A stretch of 63,691 bases of DNA, the filler included, from Octopus bimaculoides (lineage: Eukaryota): the NCBI RefSeq assembly GCF_001194135.2. It is 9 parts of 7 records of this genome, joined end to end, with 100 filler letters (N's around TTAATTAATTAA, not from the genome) between each part and the next. Parts side by side here need not be neighbours in the genome. Positions count along the whole stretch, not along the records: positions 48,718 to 53,469 come from NC_068993.1; positions 53,570 to 58,609 come from NC_068983.1; positions 58,710 to 61,648 come from NC_068985.1; positions 61,749 to 63,691 come from NC_068989.1; 5 more parts are not named here. The stretch is one strand, 5' to 3'. Both the position numbers and the translations under genes were made by a program. The notes under the pieces are model-generated. The model was not told where the DNA came from, made no database searches, and worked only from the letters and a program-made list of their open reading frames with translations. Numbering within the stretch: position 1 is the stretch's first letter; each line of letters opens with the position of its first letter. Of this stretch, positions 51,921 through 63,691 are shown one piece after another.

Positions 51921-52650
51921 CGAGGTATGATCAATAAGTATCCGGACTGTTGCCGCAGTAACGAAGCTAAAGCACGCAGGGTAAAGCTACTAGGCAAAGG
52001 TTGACCTTGACGCCTGCTGTGCGTGTGCACTAAGTCTCGACGTTTTAGCTCACCTCCGCTATTTACAGCAGTACTAGGGTGGAAGGTGTGTAGCGTGTAA
52101 TGGTTGCATTGACCATGACGGAGAAAGTTGTCATGACGATGCCTGCGCAGAGGCCTATGCAACGTTGGGGGAAATGTGTGGAGGGAGGATTTGTATGAGC
52201 CGCAAACAAGTGTCCGAGTGGTTCAGACGTTGCCAAGATGGCTGAGAAAATGTCGATATTGACGAACGTTCTGGGAGACCCGTAACCAGCAGAACTGAGA
52301 AAAACATCGCTGATGTGCGTGCAGCTGTAAAGGGAAACCGTCGAATCACCGTCCGTGAGTTTTCAGAGGATGTGCAGATTAGTTACGTTTCAATTCAGTC
52401 CATTATCACTGAAGATTTGGGTATGAGACGTGGGTCTGCCAACATTGTGCCAAGGCTGCTTTCAGCTGACGAAGGTAACACACGGGTTTCAGTTGCACAA
52501 GATCTTAATTGTGTTGAGAACGATGAAAACTTTTTGAAAACTTTGCATAGACTTCTGAGCAGATATCACCAAGCCTTTGGCAAAATTTGATGCAGATTAT
52601 CTACTCAATTTTCTCTGTCATGGTCAATGAGACGATCATATGCTACACAC
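51921..52650 (+). mobile_element. Mariner derivative with two 5' ends (copy 2), right arm truncated by (TG)n
   Basis: TA-CGAGGTATGATCAATAAGTATCCGGAC TIR. Transposase N-half to FLKTL, then an inverted copy of the start region. Same junction as copies 1 and 3. Confidence 0.88.
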
Positions 52651-52652
52651 AC

Positions 52653-52693
<41 letters not shown>

Positions 52694-52780
52694 CAACAAA
52701 GACAGATATACAAATACACACATATGATACATACATACATACATACATACATACATACATACATACATACATACATACAT

Positions 52781-53003
52781 ACTAGGGCATGCTAAAAAGG
52801 TTCCTGGCTTTGGGTGAAACAAAATAGAGGTGGATGAGTTAATTATGTTTTTATTCAACATAATCTCTTCTCAGATTCACACATTTATTGTCGCGGTATT
52901 TTTTCAGTTTTTGTAATCATTGTAAAAGAACTCGGAAGGGTGGGTCTCCAACGAGGCCTTTCGCGACACCCTTAAAGCCAGGAACTTTTCAGCATTCACT
53001 AGT
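52781..53003. mobile_element. ~220-bp MITE with ~30-bp TIRs
   Basis: ACTAGGGCATGCTAAAAAGGTTCCTGGCTTT versus the reverse complement of the right end, ACTAGTGAATGCTGAAAAGTTCCTGGCTTT. Confidence 0.8.
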
Positions 53004-53064
53004 CTCTAAACATACATATATATACTCCCCACCTCATGTACGTATATATATGTATATACATATA

Positions 53065-53230
53065 CAAAAGAGGCTACTTTCAGTTTCCGTCTACCAAATA
53101 CACTGAGAAGGTCTTTGTCGGCTCGAGGCTATAGCAAGAGACACTTGGCCAAGGTGACACGCAGTGGGACTGAACCCTTAACCATATGGTCGGGATGCAA
53201 GCTTCTCACCACACAGTCACCAGCGAGGTT
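53065..53230 (-). mobile_element. SINE family B, 5' half
   Basis: TTCAGTTTCCGTCTACCAAAT...GCAGTGGGACTGAAACC. Confidence 0.8.
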
Positions 53231-53430
53231 ATATACATACATATATATACACACACACACACATATATATATATACATATATGTACATATGTATATATAT
53301 GTATCTATATATACATATATGTATATATACACACATATATACACATATATACATATATATATATGCATATATATACATATATATATACATATTTATACAT
53401 ATATGTATATATATATACAATACGTATATA

Positions 53431-53469
<39 letters not shown>

Positions 53470-53574
53470 NNNNNNNNNNNNNNNNNNNNNNNNNNNNNNN
53501 NNNNNNNNNNNNNTTAATTAATTAANNNNNNNNNNNNNNNNNNNNNNNNNNNNNNNNNNNNNNNNNNNNTAAAG

Positions 53575-53900
53575 GTACATGAAAGTAAGTACCTTCTCTC
53601 TTTTTGTCTCTTTTTGTTACAAGTCTATGCTTAAAATGGTGTCGTCTTTCATTCTTACCATTCTTGCCACATTTACCCATTTTTTATTGAAACTTTCATT
53701 CGACAACACTTTCCTCTCTATCCTCATCCTCCTTTTCAAGTGGTACTTGAAAAAGTTGACGAGGGACTGACCAGAGAGTAAAGTGTTTGTTTGTAGACCT
53801 TTCAAACGCGTCCACCACACGCATTCTTTTGCCATAGCTATCAGTGTTACAAAAACCGTTTTTCCTTCCCGTTTAAAGGAAGGTGGCGGAACAATATTCA
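53575..53900 (-). mobile_element. L1/Tx1-type LINE ORF2 C-terminus
   Basis: AMAKECVWWTRLKGL..LVNFFKYHLKRRMRIERKVLS..FNKKWVNVARMVRM*, which I recognise as an L1/Tx1-like C-terminus. Confidence 0.6.
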
Positions 53901-53959
53901 CGATAGATAGATAGAAAGATAGATAGATAGAAAGATAGATAGATAGATAGAAGCTTCTT

Positions 53960-54700
53960 AACCTTCCTCAACAGATAAGAGTATCTACTTATGCTTAGAC
54001 CATATTGCGCTTCTATCACCATAATTTAGAACAGAAAGAAACACAAGGCGAGATTCCGTTGCCTGTGCCGAAATCTATCTCAACAACGGTCCACAAGAAG
54101 GAACCTGTTTCTTGAAGATTGTCGTCTATAGAACCAGCTTCACCCCATTTGAAACCAACAGGAGATACAACATGAGCTTAAGAGTCACTAATTCCAAAGA
54201 AAAGTGTACTGAACATGCGTACGAATTTCTTTATATGTCTGGTCATAGACAACTCCGCCCCCTGTTCTGATCCATCTAAAAACTGCAGAATCAAGGAAAC
54301 AACTTTCATGTCGGAAATATGGATTATCCTTGACAAAAGCCCTTCTAACGCATTCCATAAGACAGTTCATATACAGCAACCACCTGCAATATCCATCAGC
54401 ATGAAAATTTATCTATCCTATTATTATCGATGGTGGTCCCCTTGTATGCTTACTAAGAATCCATTTTTTAATTATCTTCACTGTCTCGTACATTTAGGGA
54501 TGTATACAGTGCTACTGACATTTGTAGCCCCAGGAAGACATCTCTCCTAGCTGGTTAACGACACGACACACATTCTGTGTCCGATAAGTATTTGCGAGGG
54601 GAGGTCATCGCTCCTATCTCTAGCCTTACGTGATACACACGGGCTCGAGTTTCTGGGTGGTCACTCCTCCTCAGCGTGTGTTAATCACCAGCTAGTGATG
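53960..54700 (-). mobile_element. Highly degenerate LINE remnant, possibly the APE endonuclease region
   Basis: Frameshifted SFLDR-like and WSKHK-like (SDH) motifs. Fragmented ORFs. Confidence 0.35.
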
Positions 54701-54774
54701 AAAACTCACTCAACTCTCAAAATATCATATGCTTTATCTAGCGACAAACTGTCACTGATACCCACACGCACACA

Positions 54775-54810
<36 letters not shown>

Positions 54811-54834
54811 CACACACGCACACACACATATATG

Positions 54835-55643
54835 CGAGGTTTGATCAATAAGTATCCGGACTGTTGCCATAGTAACAAAGCTAAGGCAAGCGGAGTGAAG
54901 CTGCTTCACACAGTTTGACCTCGAATTCTGCTGTGCGTGCGCACTATGTTTTAACGTTCTAGCTCACTTCTGCTGCTTATAGCAGTGCTTTGAAGGAAGG
55001 TGTGTAACGTGTGACCGTCACATTGACCATGGCCGATACCTACTCAGAGGCCTAACCAAAGGTGCAGAAAGTGTATGGAGAGGAGTTTATGAGCCGCACA
55101 CAAGTGTACTACGGGTTCAAACGTTTCCAAGATGGCCTAAAAAATGTTGATATTGTCGAATGTTCTGGGAGATCCGTAACCAGCAGGACTGAGAAAAATA
55201 TCGCAGATGTGCGTGCATCTGTAAGGGGAAATCGTCAAATCACCATCCGAAGTTATCAGAGGATGTGCAGATTAGTTACGGTTCAGTTCAGTCCATTATC
55301 ACTGAAGATTTGGGTATGAAACACGTGTCTGCCAAGTTTGTGCCAAAACTACCTTCAGCTGTCCAAAAAGACACTCGAGTTTCAGTTGCACAATATCTCC
55401 TTGATTGTGTCGAGAACGATGAAAGCATTTTGAAAATTTTGCATAGGCCTTTGAACAGGTAGCGCCAAGCTTTTGGTAAAATTTGATGCAGATTCTCTGC
55501 TCAACTTTCTCTGTCATGATCATTGCGATGATCACACGCTACACACCATCCTTCCAAGCACTGCTGCAAATAGCAGAAGTGAGATAGAACGTTCAAACTT
55601 GATGCAAATGCACAGCAGAGTTCAAAGTCAGTCAGTGCCACGT
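54835..55643 (+). mobile_element. Mariner derivative with two 5' ends (copy 3)
   Basis: Same TIR. QKVYGEEFMSRTQVYYGFKRFQDG..ECSGRS..MKHVSAKFVPKL. Inverted arm encodes MTEKVEQRICIKFYQKLG on the minus strand. Confidence 0.88.
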
Positions 55644-56283
55644 GACCCTTCGAAAAAAAGGTGTTATCTCTTTGACTTTGTTCGAGAAGTTCAGTGCAGG
55701 CATTGACGCTGTCAGTCTTGTGTTCGGTAGTCAGCTCTCTCGGTACCCAACAGGCATACACTTTTGAAAAGCCAAGTAATTCGACAATGTTGTAAGCACT
55801 TCCGTGGCTCACTTCAAGGTTTTCTTCCAACTCATTAAGAGATATACACCTGTCTTCTCTGATCAGAGCATCTGGCTTTGCATTATTGGCAGGATTCACA
55901 GAAGCGGACGGACGGCCAAAACGGGGTTTATCGGCTACACTCACAGTTCCCACATTTTCATCTTTCAGACGACGGACCCACCTGCATACATTGCTATAAT
56001 CTAACGTATTGTCCTCAAATACATTTTGTAATCGTCGGTGAATGTTCACAGGGATTTCCCCTTCAGCAACAAGAAATTCAGTCATTGCTCTTTGTTTTTG
56101 ATGTAACTTTAAGGGGGCAGCCGTTTTGAATTTTCCTTATCAGTCTAAAAACCTGAAAAGTAAGAAACAAAATATTTCAGAACGTAAATGATATAATCAT
56201 TTATAAGTGGGAAAATTTTCAGTTATTTTTATCAAAACTTCACGTGAAATAAAGAAATGGCATTATTTTTTTATTCACCCTCG
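55644..56283 (-). mobile_element. Second mariner family, 5' half (TIR plus DNA-binding domain)
   Basis: TA-CGAGGGTGAATAAAAAAATAATGCC end at 56285. TEFLVAEGEIPVNIHRRLQ..RWVRRLK..DKPRFGRP..CWVPRELT..FFSK, ending just before the first catalytic Asp. Confidence 0.85.
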
Positions 56284-56559
56284 TATATACATACATACAT
56301 ACATACACACACACACATACACACACACACACACATACACACACACACATATATATANNNNNNNNNNNNNNNNNNNNNNNNNNNNNNNNNNNNNNNNNNN
56401 NNNNNNNNNNNNNNNNNNNNNNNNNNNNNNNNNNNNNNNNNNNNNNNNNNNNNNNNNNNNNNNNNNNNNNNNNNNNNNNNNNNNNNTATGCATACATATA
56501 TCGAGGGAATGCTGTGTTATCGTAATTCAATATTCTGATGAAGATCGTGGTCAACAACA

Positions 56560-57720
56560 AAACCTTCATGGTTTTTCCTTCGCCTTTTCTTAGTAGCAAT
56601 CACGCCTCAAAAGCCAAAATTTTGTGAGTTATACCTCATCAAACATATCTCTTCATCTTTAATTATTCTTTAACTTCAAAAATTTATTTTGACACCCATC
56701 AGGTTTTCACATGAAAGTTTAAATGGATTTCGTACTGAATCCAACTTCTCATCTGGAATTATTGATAACATCGGCCGAATTCATTTCCAGCGCTGTCAGA
56801 TGCTGACAGATTTCCTTTTATGCAAATTCTCGATGCTTTCGGCGTTCACCGACAGACCCAAGAAATGACATTTCTCAAACCTATCAATGCATATATTTTT
56901 TTTATTCCGACCTTGTTTTTTCATACCGTCTTCTAATTTGCTCATCATAGCTTTCAAAATATGAATGAAGTTTCGGATGTTTGTGCCTTTTCCTTTCATC
57001 TAAAGGTAAATAGGTGAAGCGCATGATCCCTTCCTCATCATTCAATCAGGCTAGACATTGTATCATATCCTAAACTTCAAACATGTTTGAGTTCGCTTCT
57101 AGCATCTTACTTCGTACATTACCTCTTTAAACTACAAAGTTGTATGGAAAAGAAGTAGATGATGGTTTGCATCGTGATATGAGAGCATCGCCTTTAACAT
57201 TATTTTTAATTTGAAATTGTTTGATCTCAAATTCTCCTTGGAAGTCTTTTTAATGCCAATGTCTGAATATATATTCTACAATGAATTGTTTTTTTTTTTT
57301 TGTTTTTATTTCAGGTCTCAATATTTTGCATAAACATTAAATCCATATTTTGTTCCCAACACCATCTCTACAGTATCCACAAATTCCATGAAAAATGTAG
57401 CATTTCTTTCAATAGCTGCGGTCTTGATAGGTATTAAATTAATTGATATTAAAATAAATAAACCTGCGTGAGGCTTTTTTGCAAAGAGGAATTGGAAACA
57501 TAATTCCATATCAGCCGATTCATAAAGTTCAATTGAATATAAGTAAAACGTTGTCACTTGATCTCCTACACATGTCCCTTGATCTCAAAAGCTATATCGT
57601 TGACCGTCTTTCGAGCAGCACTGTATTTTAGTGAAACTGATAGAATTTTCCAATTTATTTCGCAATGTAATTTCCGGGTTTCACAAACAAGAACCGTGAT
57701 CAAAGTTTCCCAGTCTCCCC
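56560..57720 (-). mobile_element. hAT (Charlie/Buster-like) transposase remnant
   Basis: SLKYSAARKTVNDIAFEIK, YSIELYESADMELCFQFL (similar to FSIQLDESTD), MVLGTKYGF and KGKGTNIRNFIHILKAMMSKL (similar to QGKxxNI..LKAFxxKL), across stops and frameshifts. Confidence 0.6.
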
Positions 57721-58245
57721 AGGTGCAGGTGTATTTTTCTTATCTTTCTTATTTGAAATCTCCCGTACTCAGAAGCAATTATCCTTAAAAACCTCTAGGC
57801 TTACTTTTTTCCTGAAATTCGTGTAGAAGATTAACATGGTTATATGGTTTCATAGAATAATTTAACAAAACTTGGCTACACATAATACACTGAGTCCTTT
57901 CCTCTCCTTTGTGGGCGATAGATATGAATCAATACTAAATATAGTAATCATCGCAACGTCTTCTGTTGACATTCATGACCGACTGAAAATTCTGAAAACA
58001 TAAAAAAATAAATAAATAATTACCTAACGATAACTATGTTGAAGTATTTTTTTAAATTTACATAGTTATATTTTAATTTGTAGATACAATTGAAATATAT
58101 CTACAACTTTAAATAAACTAAAATATTTGTCTTTACTTTAATCTACGTTTTTCAACAGACCATAGAGATTTCAGAAATTACATTAGGTGGAAGTAAATTT
58201 CTACAGATTGCACATAATCTATAGGATATCAGTCTTTATTGAATA

Positions 58246-58609
58246 CTAGCAGTATAACCCGACCTTGTCCGGGTGTGACTTATTATGCCATCTACGATAA
58301 GTCTTGCTAGCTGAAAATCAACTAAAAAAGAAAGCCTTACAACGAAAAAAAACCCTATGATGTAAATATGTTCATAATTCAAAAGACGAAATTAATAGGG
58401 AAAGTCTGAAGGCTGTTTTGCGTAAAATTATTAAGCATACGTAAATTTCATCCGTGTAATTGGCTATAGAAATGCTTGTGCAAAACAACTTTTTGCGCTG
58501 CCCTGATTATACATAGCAGGGTAATCCCTTTTCACAGGAGCTAGGATAGCAATTTGTGATGAAGCAATTGCTGGCGATCTGTTGCTAAACAGTTTTGCCA
58601 GAATTCTAT
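58246..58609 (-). mobile_element. Helitron 3' end with degenerate PIF1 helicase fragment
   Basis: Minus strand has hairpin ACCCG-gacaaggt-CGGGT (58274-58257), then CTAG|T at 58249-58245. Upstream frame ILAKLFSNRSPAIASSQIAILAP resembles LLAxVRS..AVASSGIAATLL. Confidence 0.6.
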
Positions 58610-58796
58610 NNNNNNNNNNNNNNNNNNNNNNNNNNNNNNNNNNNNNNNNNNNNTTAATTAATTAANNNNNNNNNNNNNNNNNNNNNNNNNNNNNNNNNNN
58701 NNNNNNNNNATATATATATATATATATATATATACAAACATATATATACACACATGTGTGTACGTGTGTACAAACACATGCATACACACACACGCA

Positions 58797-58843
<47 letters not shown>

Positions 58844-60705
58844 GTATGTATACACTTGTACATGAGATACGTACACACGTTTGTTAATGTGGGCACTAGT
58901 TTATGCATCTATATATCTTCTTCAAGCACAAACACATAAACATATACATGCACGTACACACTCACGCACACAAGCACACACACACTTACATATATATTTA
59001 GGTGTTAGTATATACATGCGTACATGCATGTTCATGTATGCCTATATAAGTATGTACCTGTATCTAACTGTGAGTGGATACAAACCTATATACATGTGAA
59101 TATTTATGTATAATATATATATATATATANNNNNNNNNNNNNNNNNNNNNNNNNNNNNNNNNNNNNNNNNNNNNNNNNNNNNNNNNNNNNNNNNNNNNNN
59201 NNNNNNNNNNNNNNNNNNNNNNNNNNNNNNNNNNNNNNNNNNNNNNNNNNNNNNNNNNNNNNNNNNNNNNNNNNNNNNNNNNNNNNNNNNNNNNNNNNNN
59301 NNNNNNNNNNNNNNNNNNNNNNNNNNNNNNNNNNNNNNNNNNNNNNNNNNNNNNNNNNNNNNNNNNNNNNNNNNNNNNNNNNNNNNNNNNNNNNNNNNNN
59401 NNNNNNNNNNNNNNNNNNNNNNNNNNNNNNNNNNNNNNNNNNNNNNNNNNNNNNNNNNNNNNNNNNNNNNNNNNNNNNNNNNNNNNNNNNNNNNNNNNNN
59501 NNNNNNNNNNNNNNNNNNNNNNNNNNNNNNNNNNNNNNNNNNNNNNNNNNNNNNNNNNNNNNNNNNNNNNNNNNNNNNNNNNNNNNNNNNNNNNNNNNNN
59601 NNNNNNNNNNNNNNNNNNNNNNNNNNNNNNNNNNNNNNNNNNNNNNNNNNNNNNNNNNNNNNNNNNNNNNNNNNNNNNNNNNNNNNNNNNNNNNNNNNNN
59701 NNNNNNNNNNNNNNNNNNNNNNNNNNNNNNNNNNNNNNNNNNNNNNNNNNNNNNNNNNNNNNNNNNNNNNNNNNNNNNNNNNNNNNNNNNNNNNNNNNNN
59801 NNNNNNNNNNNNNNNNNNNNNNNNNNNNNNNNNNNNNNNNNNNNNNNNNNNNNNNNNNNNNNNNNNNNNNNNNNNNNNNNNNNNNNNNNNNNNNNNNNNN
59901 NNNNNNNNNNNNNNNNNNNNNNNNNNNNNNNNNNNNNNNNNNNNNNNNNNNNNNNNNNNNNNNNNNNNNNNNNNNNNNNNNNNNNNNNNNNNNNNNNNNN
60001 NNNNNNNNNNNNNNNNNNNNNNNNNNNNNNNNNNNNNNNNNNNNNNNNNNNNNNNNNNNNNNNNNNNNNNNNNNNNNNNNNNNNNNNNNTATATATATAT
60101 ATATATATTAATACATACATGCACATACACATATATGTCTATATATATGTGTGTGTGTGCGTGTGTGTTTGAATAATAGTGTATATAACTACATCATACT
60201 TCTAGAGTTATACAGCTTTTCATAGAAATTTGCTTTTATAATTCATTTCGAGATTCTCATTTATTGTTTTTATTTATCGCTTGGCATTGTTTCGCTTGTT
60301 TCTACTAAGACATGTTGTTTCCATTTCAGTTTCATAACAGTTTACCAATAATATATCATTGAACCAATAAGAATCGCGTCTTCATTGTTGCTCATAAAAA
60401 GACACAGCGTCGGCCTTTCTCAACATTGATGTATGTATTAGTTTTGCTATACAAATCTGCTAGGTACGGAGATACTTTAACGCTCTATTGTGTTGCACAA
60501 CAGGAGTTTCATTATGCATAGATTTTGATTTCTCCCATGAGGAAAAATAAAAAAAACCCAACACATTATGTTGTTCCTTGTAATGAAACAGTAATGATAA
60601 AGATAGGAGCTGGTTCCAGTGCAATGTTGAACTGGTGTAGATGTTAAGGCACATATATGATTACTATGAGGTATAGAATAACTGTTTCTTAAAGTGAACT
60701 ATTGT

Positions 60706-60864
<159 letters not shown>

Positions 60865-60869
60865 CACTT

Positions 60870-61110
60870 TCAAATTTTGGCTCAAGGCCAGCAGTTTTTT
60901 AGAGGGAGGTAAATGGACTATATCGACCTCAGTGTTCAATTGCTACTTATTTTATCGATAGGATAAAAAACAATTTTTTCTACAATAGGCAGAAGATCTG
61001 AAATTTTGGTGGGAGGGGCTACTGGATTACATTGGCCCCAGTACTCGACCAGTACGTATTTCTAATGCTTCTGAAAGGATGAAGGGCCAAGTTGCCATTG
61101 ACGGTATTTG
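60870..61110 (-). mobile_element. Two partial SINE family C copies between microsatellites
   Basis: ATCGACCTCAGTGTTCAATTGCTACTTATTTTATCGA and GGCCCCAGTACTCGACCAGTAC..GAAAGGATGAAGG. Confidence 0.65.
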
Positions 61111-61115
61111 AAAAC

Positions 61116-61116
<1 letters not shown>

Positions 61117-61164
<48 letters not shown>

Positions 61165-61182
61165 CAACGACAACAATAATTA

Positions 61183-61229
<47 letters not shown>

Positions 61230-61267
61230 CAACAACAATAATTAAATAATAACAATAATAATAATAA

Positions 61268-61348
<81 letters not shown>

Positions 61349-61390
61349 GTAGAAGAAGAAGAAGAAGAAGAAGAAGAAGAAGAAGAAGAT
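61117..61390. repeat. (AAT)n/(AAC)n then (GAA)n compound microsatellite
   Basis: Direct reading. Confidence 0.95.
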
Positions 61391-61429
61391 ATATACTACT
61401 AATAATAATAAGAAGATATATTTTAAAAT

Positions 61430-61648
61430 CAAAAAAAAAAATATCAGAAATAGAAATAGAACAATTGAAAGGAAAAATACATCAGGAAAATCTAGATAGT
61501 AGTCACACAGCAATGCCAAATAATAATATAAACACTGAGACAGCAAAACACGAGGACAAAGGTAACATTTCCGGCAAAAACGAAGTAAACAAAAAACAAC
61601 AAACCCAGATCGTAGAGATGTATAATAGTGTACAAAAAGCACCAATCC
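61430..61648 (+). mobile_element. Possible N-terminal fragment of an R4/Dong-type ORF following (TAA)n(GAA)n
   Basis: Open frame ending QIVEMYNSVQKAPI, loosely like the N-terminal region at 3900-4030. Cut by a linker. Confidence 0.25.
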
Positions 61649-61748
61649 NNNNNNNNNNNNNNNNNNNNNNNNNNNNNNNNNNNNNNNNNNNNTTAATTAA
61701 TTAANNNNNNNNNNNNNNNNNNNNNNNNNNNNNNNNNNNNNNNNNNNN

Positions 61749-61783
<35 letters not shown>

Positions 61784-62030
61784 TATATGTGCGTACATGT
61801 ATGTGTGTGTGTCTACGTATGTATGTATGTAAATGCATCTTGTGCACATAAATATTTTGTGAGTGAAAGTAGCGGTAGTTGAAATATGATAATCATTCTT
61901 AATATATATGAATATAAATATAATTGTGTGTGTGTGTCTGTGTGTGTGTGTCTGTGTGTGTCTTCGTGTGTGTGTTTGTGCGTCTGTGTGTGTGTGCGCG
62001 TTTATGAGTGAGTGTGTGTGTGGATGAGTG

Positions 62031-62270
62031 TACGACGTTTACATCGGAAGTAATAGAAATAGTGCGCATAAATGTTTTATTAACTGAAAGACGTCGTTTA
62101 CTTTGCATATGTTATTAGAATAACTCTCCGTCTACAGTAAAGCGTCTTCCTGTTCTTCATTACAAGCCAATAATGAATCTTCAGCGGATGCAGCGTGCTA
62201 TCGTTGAGCTCTTGACGAAGAAGGTATACAGATCGTCCTCAGAGATCTACGACAGGTTCCAGTCTGATTT
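62031..62270 (+). mobile_element. Mariner 5' fragment interrupted by a SINE
   Basis: TACGACGTTTACATCGGAAGTAATAGAAA TIR-like start. ATG at 62173 gives MNLQRMQRAIVELLTKKVYRSSSEIYDRFQ. Confidence 0.5.
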
Positions 62271-62680
62271 TTGAGAGGACGAAATGCTTAGCGGCATTTC
62301 GTCCGTCTTTATGTTCTGAGTTGAAATGCCACCAAGATCTACTTTGTCGTTCATGTTTTTGGGGTCCATAAATTAAGTAACAGCCAAATACTGGGACCGA
62401 TGTAATCGACTAGCCCACTCCGCGCAAAATTTCCCACGTTGTACCTTTAGTAGAAAGGATTATTATTGAGCTAGCAGAATCGTTACCACGTCGGTAGAAT
62501 CGTTATCAGTATTTCGCCAGTCCTCATGTTCTGAGTTCAAATTCCGCCAAGGTCGACTTTGCTTTCATCCTATCAAGGTCGATATATTAAGATTCAGTGA
62601 AACACGGGGAGTCGATGTAATCGACTAGTTTCCTCCCACCAAATTTCGGGCCTTGCACTTTCAGTGGAAAAGATTATTGT
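62270..62680 (+). mobile_element. Two tandem SINE family C copies
   Basis: GTTCTGAGTTGAAATGCC... and GTTCTGAGTTCAAATTCCGCCAAGGTCGACTTTG... Confidence 0.8.
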
Positions 62681-63344
62681 TGTTGTTCTTGATTTTGTTT
62701 TTATTATCACAATCTTCCGCTAAGTATTTTCTTTCTTTCTCTCTTTAATATTATACAATAATAATTGTGTACCACCATATTTTTGTTGTCTGTTAGATTT
62801 ATATTGTTTTATTATTTTTGTTATAATTGTCTATCTTTTATCATTAGTAAAATTGTTATGATTAATATGATTATTCCTATTGTTCCTCGTATATATTATT
62901 GTTACTACTGCACAATTTCCTTTTATATCTGATAACTTCATTTGATTTACAATAAAATCAATTTAAACTGAACGTGATAAGGAACAAAAATCTTTCTTCC
63001 CTTTTGTTTAATCTCTTACTTTCGTGTTTATTCATTTCTTAAATCTCTGAAAGTTAATAAGTGTAATACTCAAATTGTTAAGCGAAATAATTAGTTTAAT
63101 AGCACCTGGGTTTCAATTTGAGAGATAACTTGACTGAATTATATCAAGGTGAAATTGGTGCAAAATTTTTTTGTATCACAACTTATATAAATGTTATCCT
63201 GGTTCTGCTTTTTCGATGTACGATCGATGAAAACCATAAACGAGGTTTAATTTGCTTAACGCGGAATAATTCTTGAAAGGAAATTACGAATCACTTTTGC
63301 CGGCATAGACGTTGTCGCAAATAACAACAACAATAATCATTTCT

Positions 63345-63515
63345 ACTAAAGGCACAAGACCTGAAATTTCGGTGGAGAGGCTAGTCGATTACATCGACCC
63401 CTCACTGGTACTTAATTTATCGACCCCTCGGCGGTATTAGAACTCAAAACGTAGTGACAGACGAAGTACCGCTAAGTATTTTCTCCGGTGTGCTAACGAT
63501 TCTGCCAGCTCGCTG
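63345..63515 (-). mobile_element. SINE family C
   Basis: CGATTACATCGACCCC...GAACTCAAAACG...GATTCTGCCAGCTCGC. Confidence 0.8.
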
Positions 63516-63518
63516 ATT

Positions 63519-63556
<38 letters not shown>

Positions 63557-63691
63557 TAATAATATGCTAAAAACAAGATAATGGGTATCAACACTTTAGC
63601 TGTCCCAGTTATAAGCTACAGCTACAACATCCTTAACTGGACACTAAACGAACTATGTAAAATAGACAGGAAAACAAGAAAAATAATGACA

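Overview
AT-rich, microsatellite- and transposon-dense eukaryotic DNA, most consistent with an octopus (coleoid cephalopod). That assignment rests on my recognition of the SINE families and repeat landscape, not on a search. The window is not one contiguous locus: eight identical 100-nt linkers (44N-TTAATTAATTAA-44N) split it into nine segments, so relationships across linkers cannot be trusted. One host gene is well supported: three phase-compatible minus-strand exons (29043-28882, 28140-27990, 24724-24607) encoding the core of a C16orf89/UPF0764-like protein. The rest is decayed mobile DNA: R4/Dong-type restriction-endonuclease LINEs ending in (TAA)n, CR1-like and L1/Tx1-like LINE ends, three tRNA-derived SINE families, several Tc1/mariner families, a hAT remnant, a Helitron 3' end and a MITE. 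The most unusual structures are (i) a mariner derivative present three times that has two 5' ends, with its catalytic half replaced by an inverted copy of its own start at an identical junction; (ii) a ~1.6-kb foldback with ~430-bp inverted arms; (iii) a SINE carrying an internal expanding microsatellite cassette; and (iv) hammerhead-like cores in a probable Penelope-type repeat. No CRISPR array, rRNA or intact tRNA gene was seen. Most listed ORFs are artefacts of N-runs or microsatellites. Repeat boundaries are read by eye and approximate.
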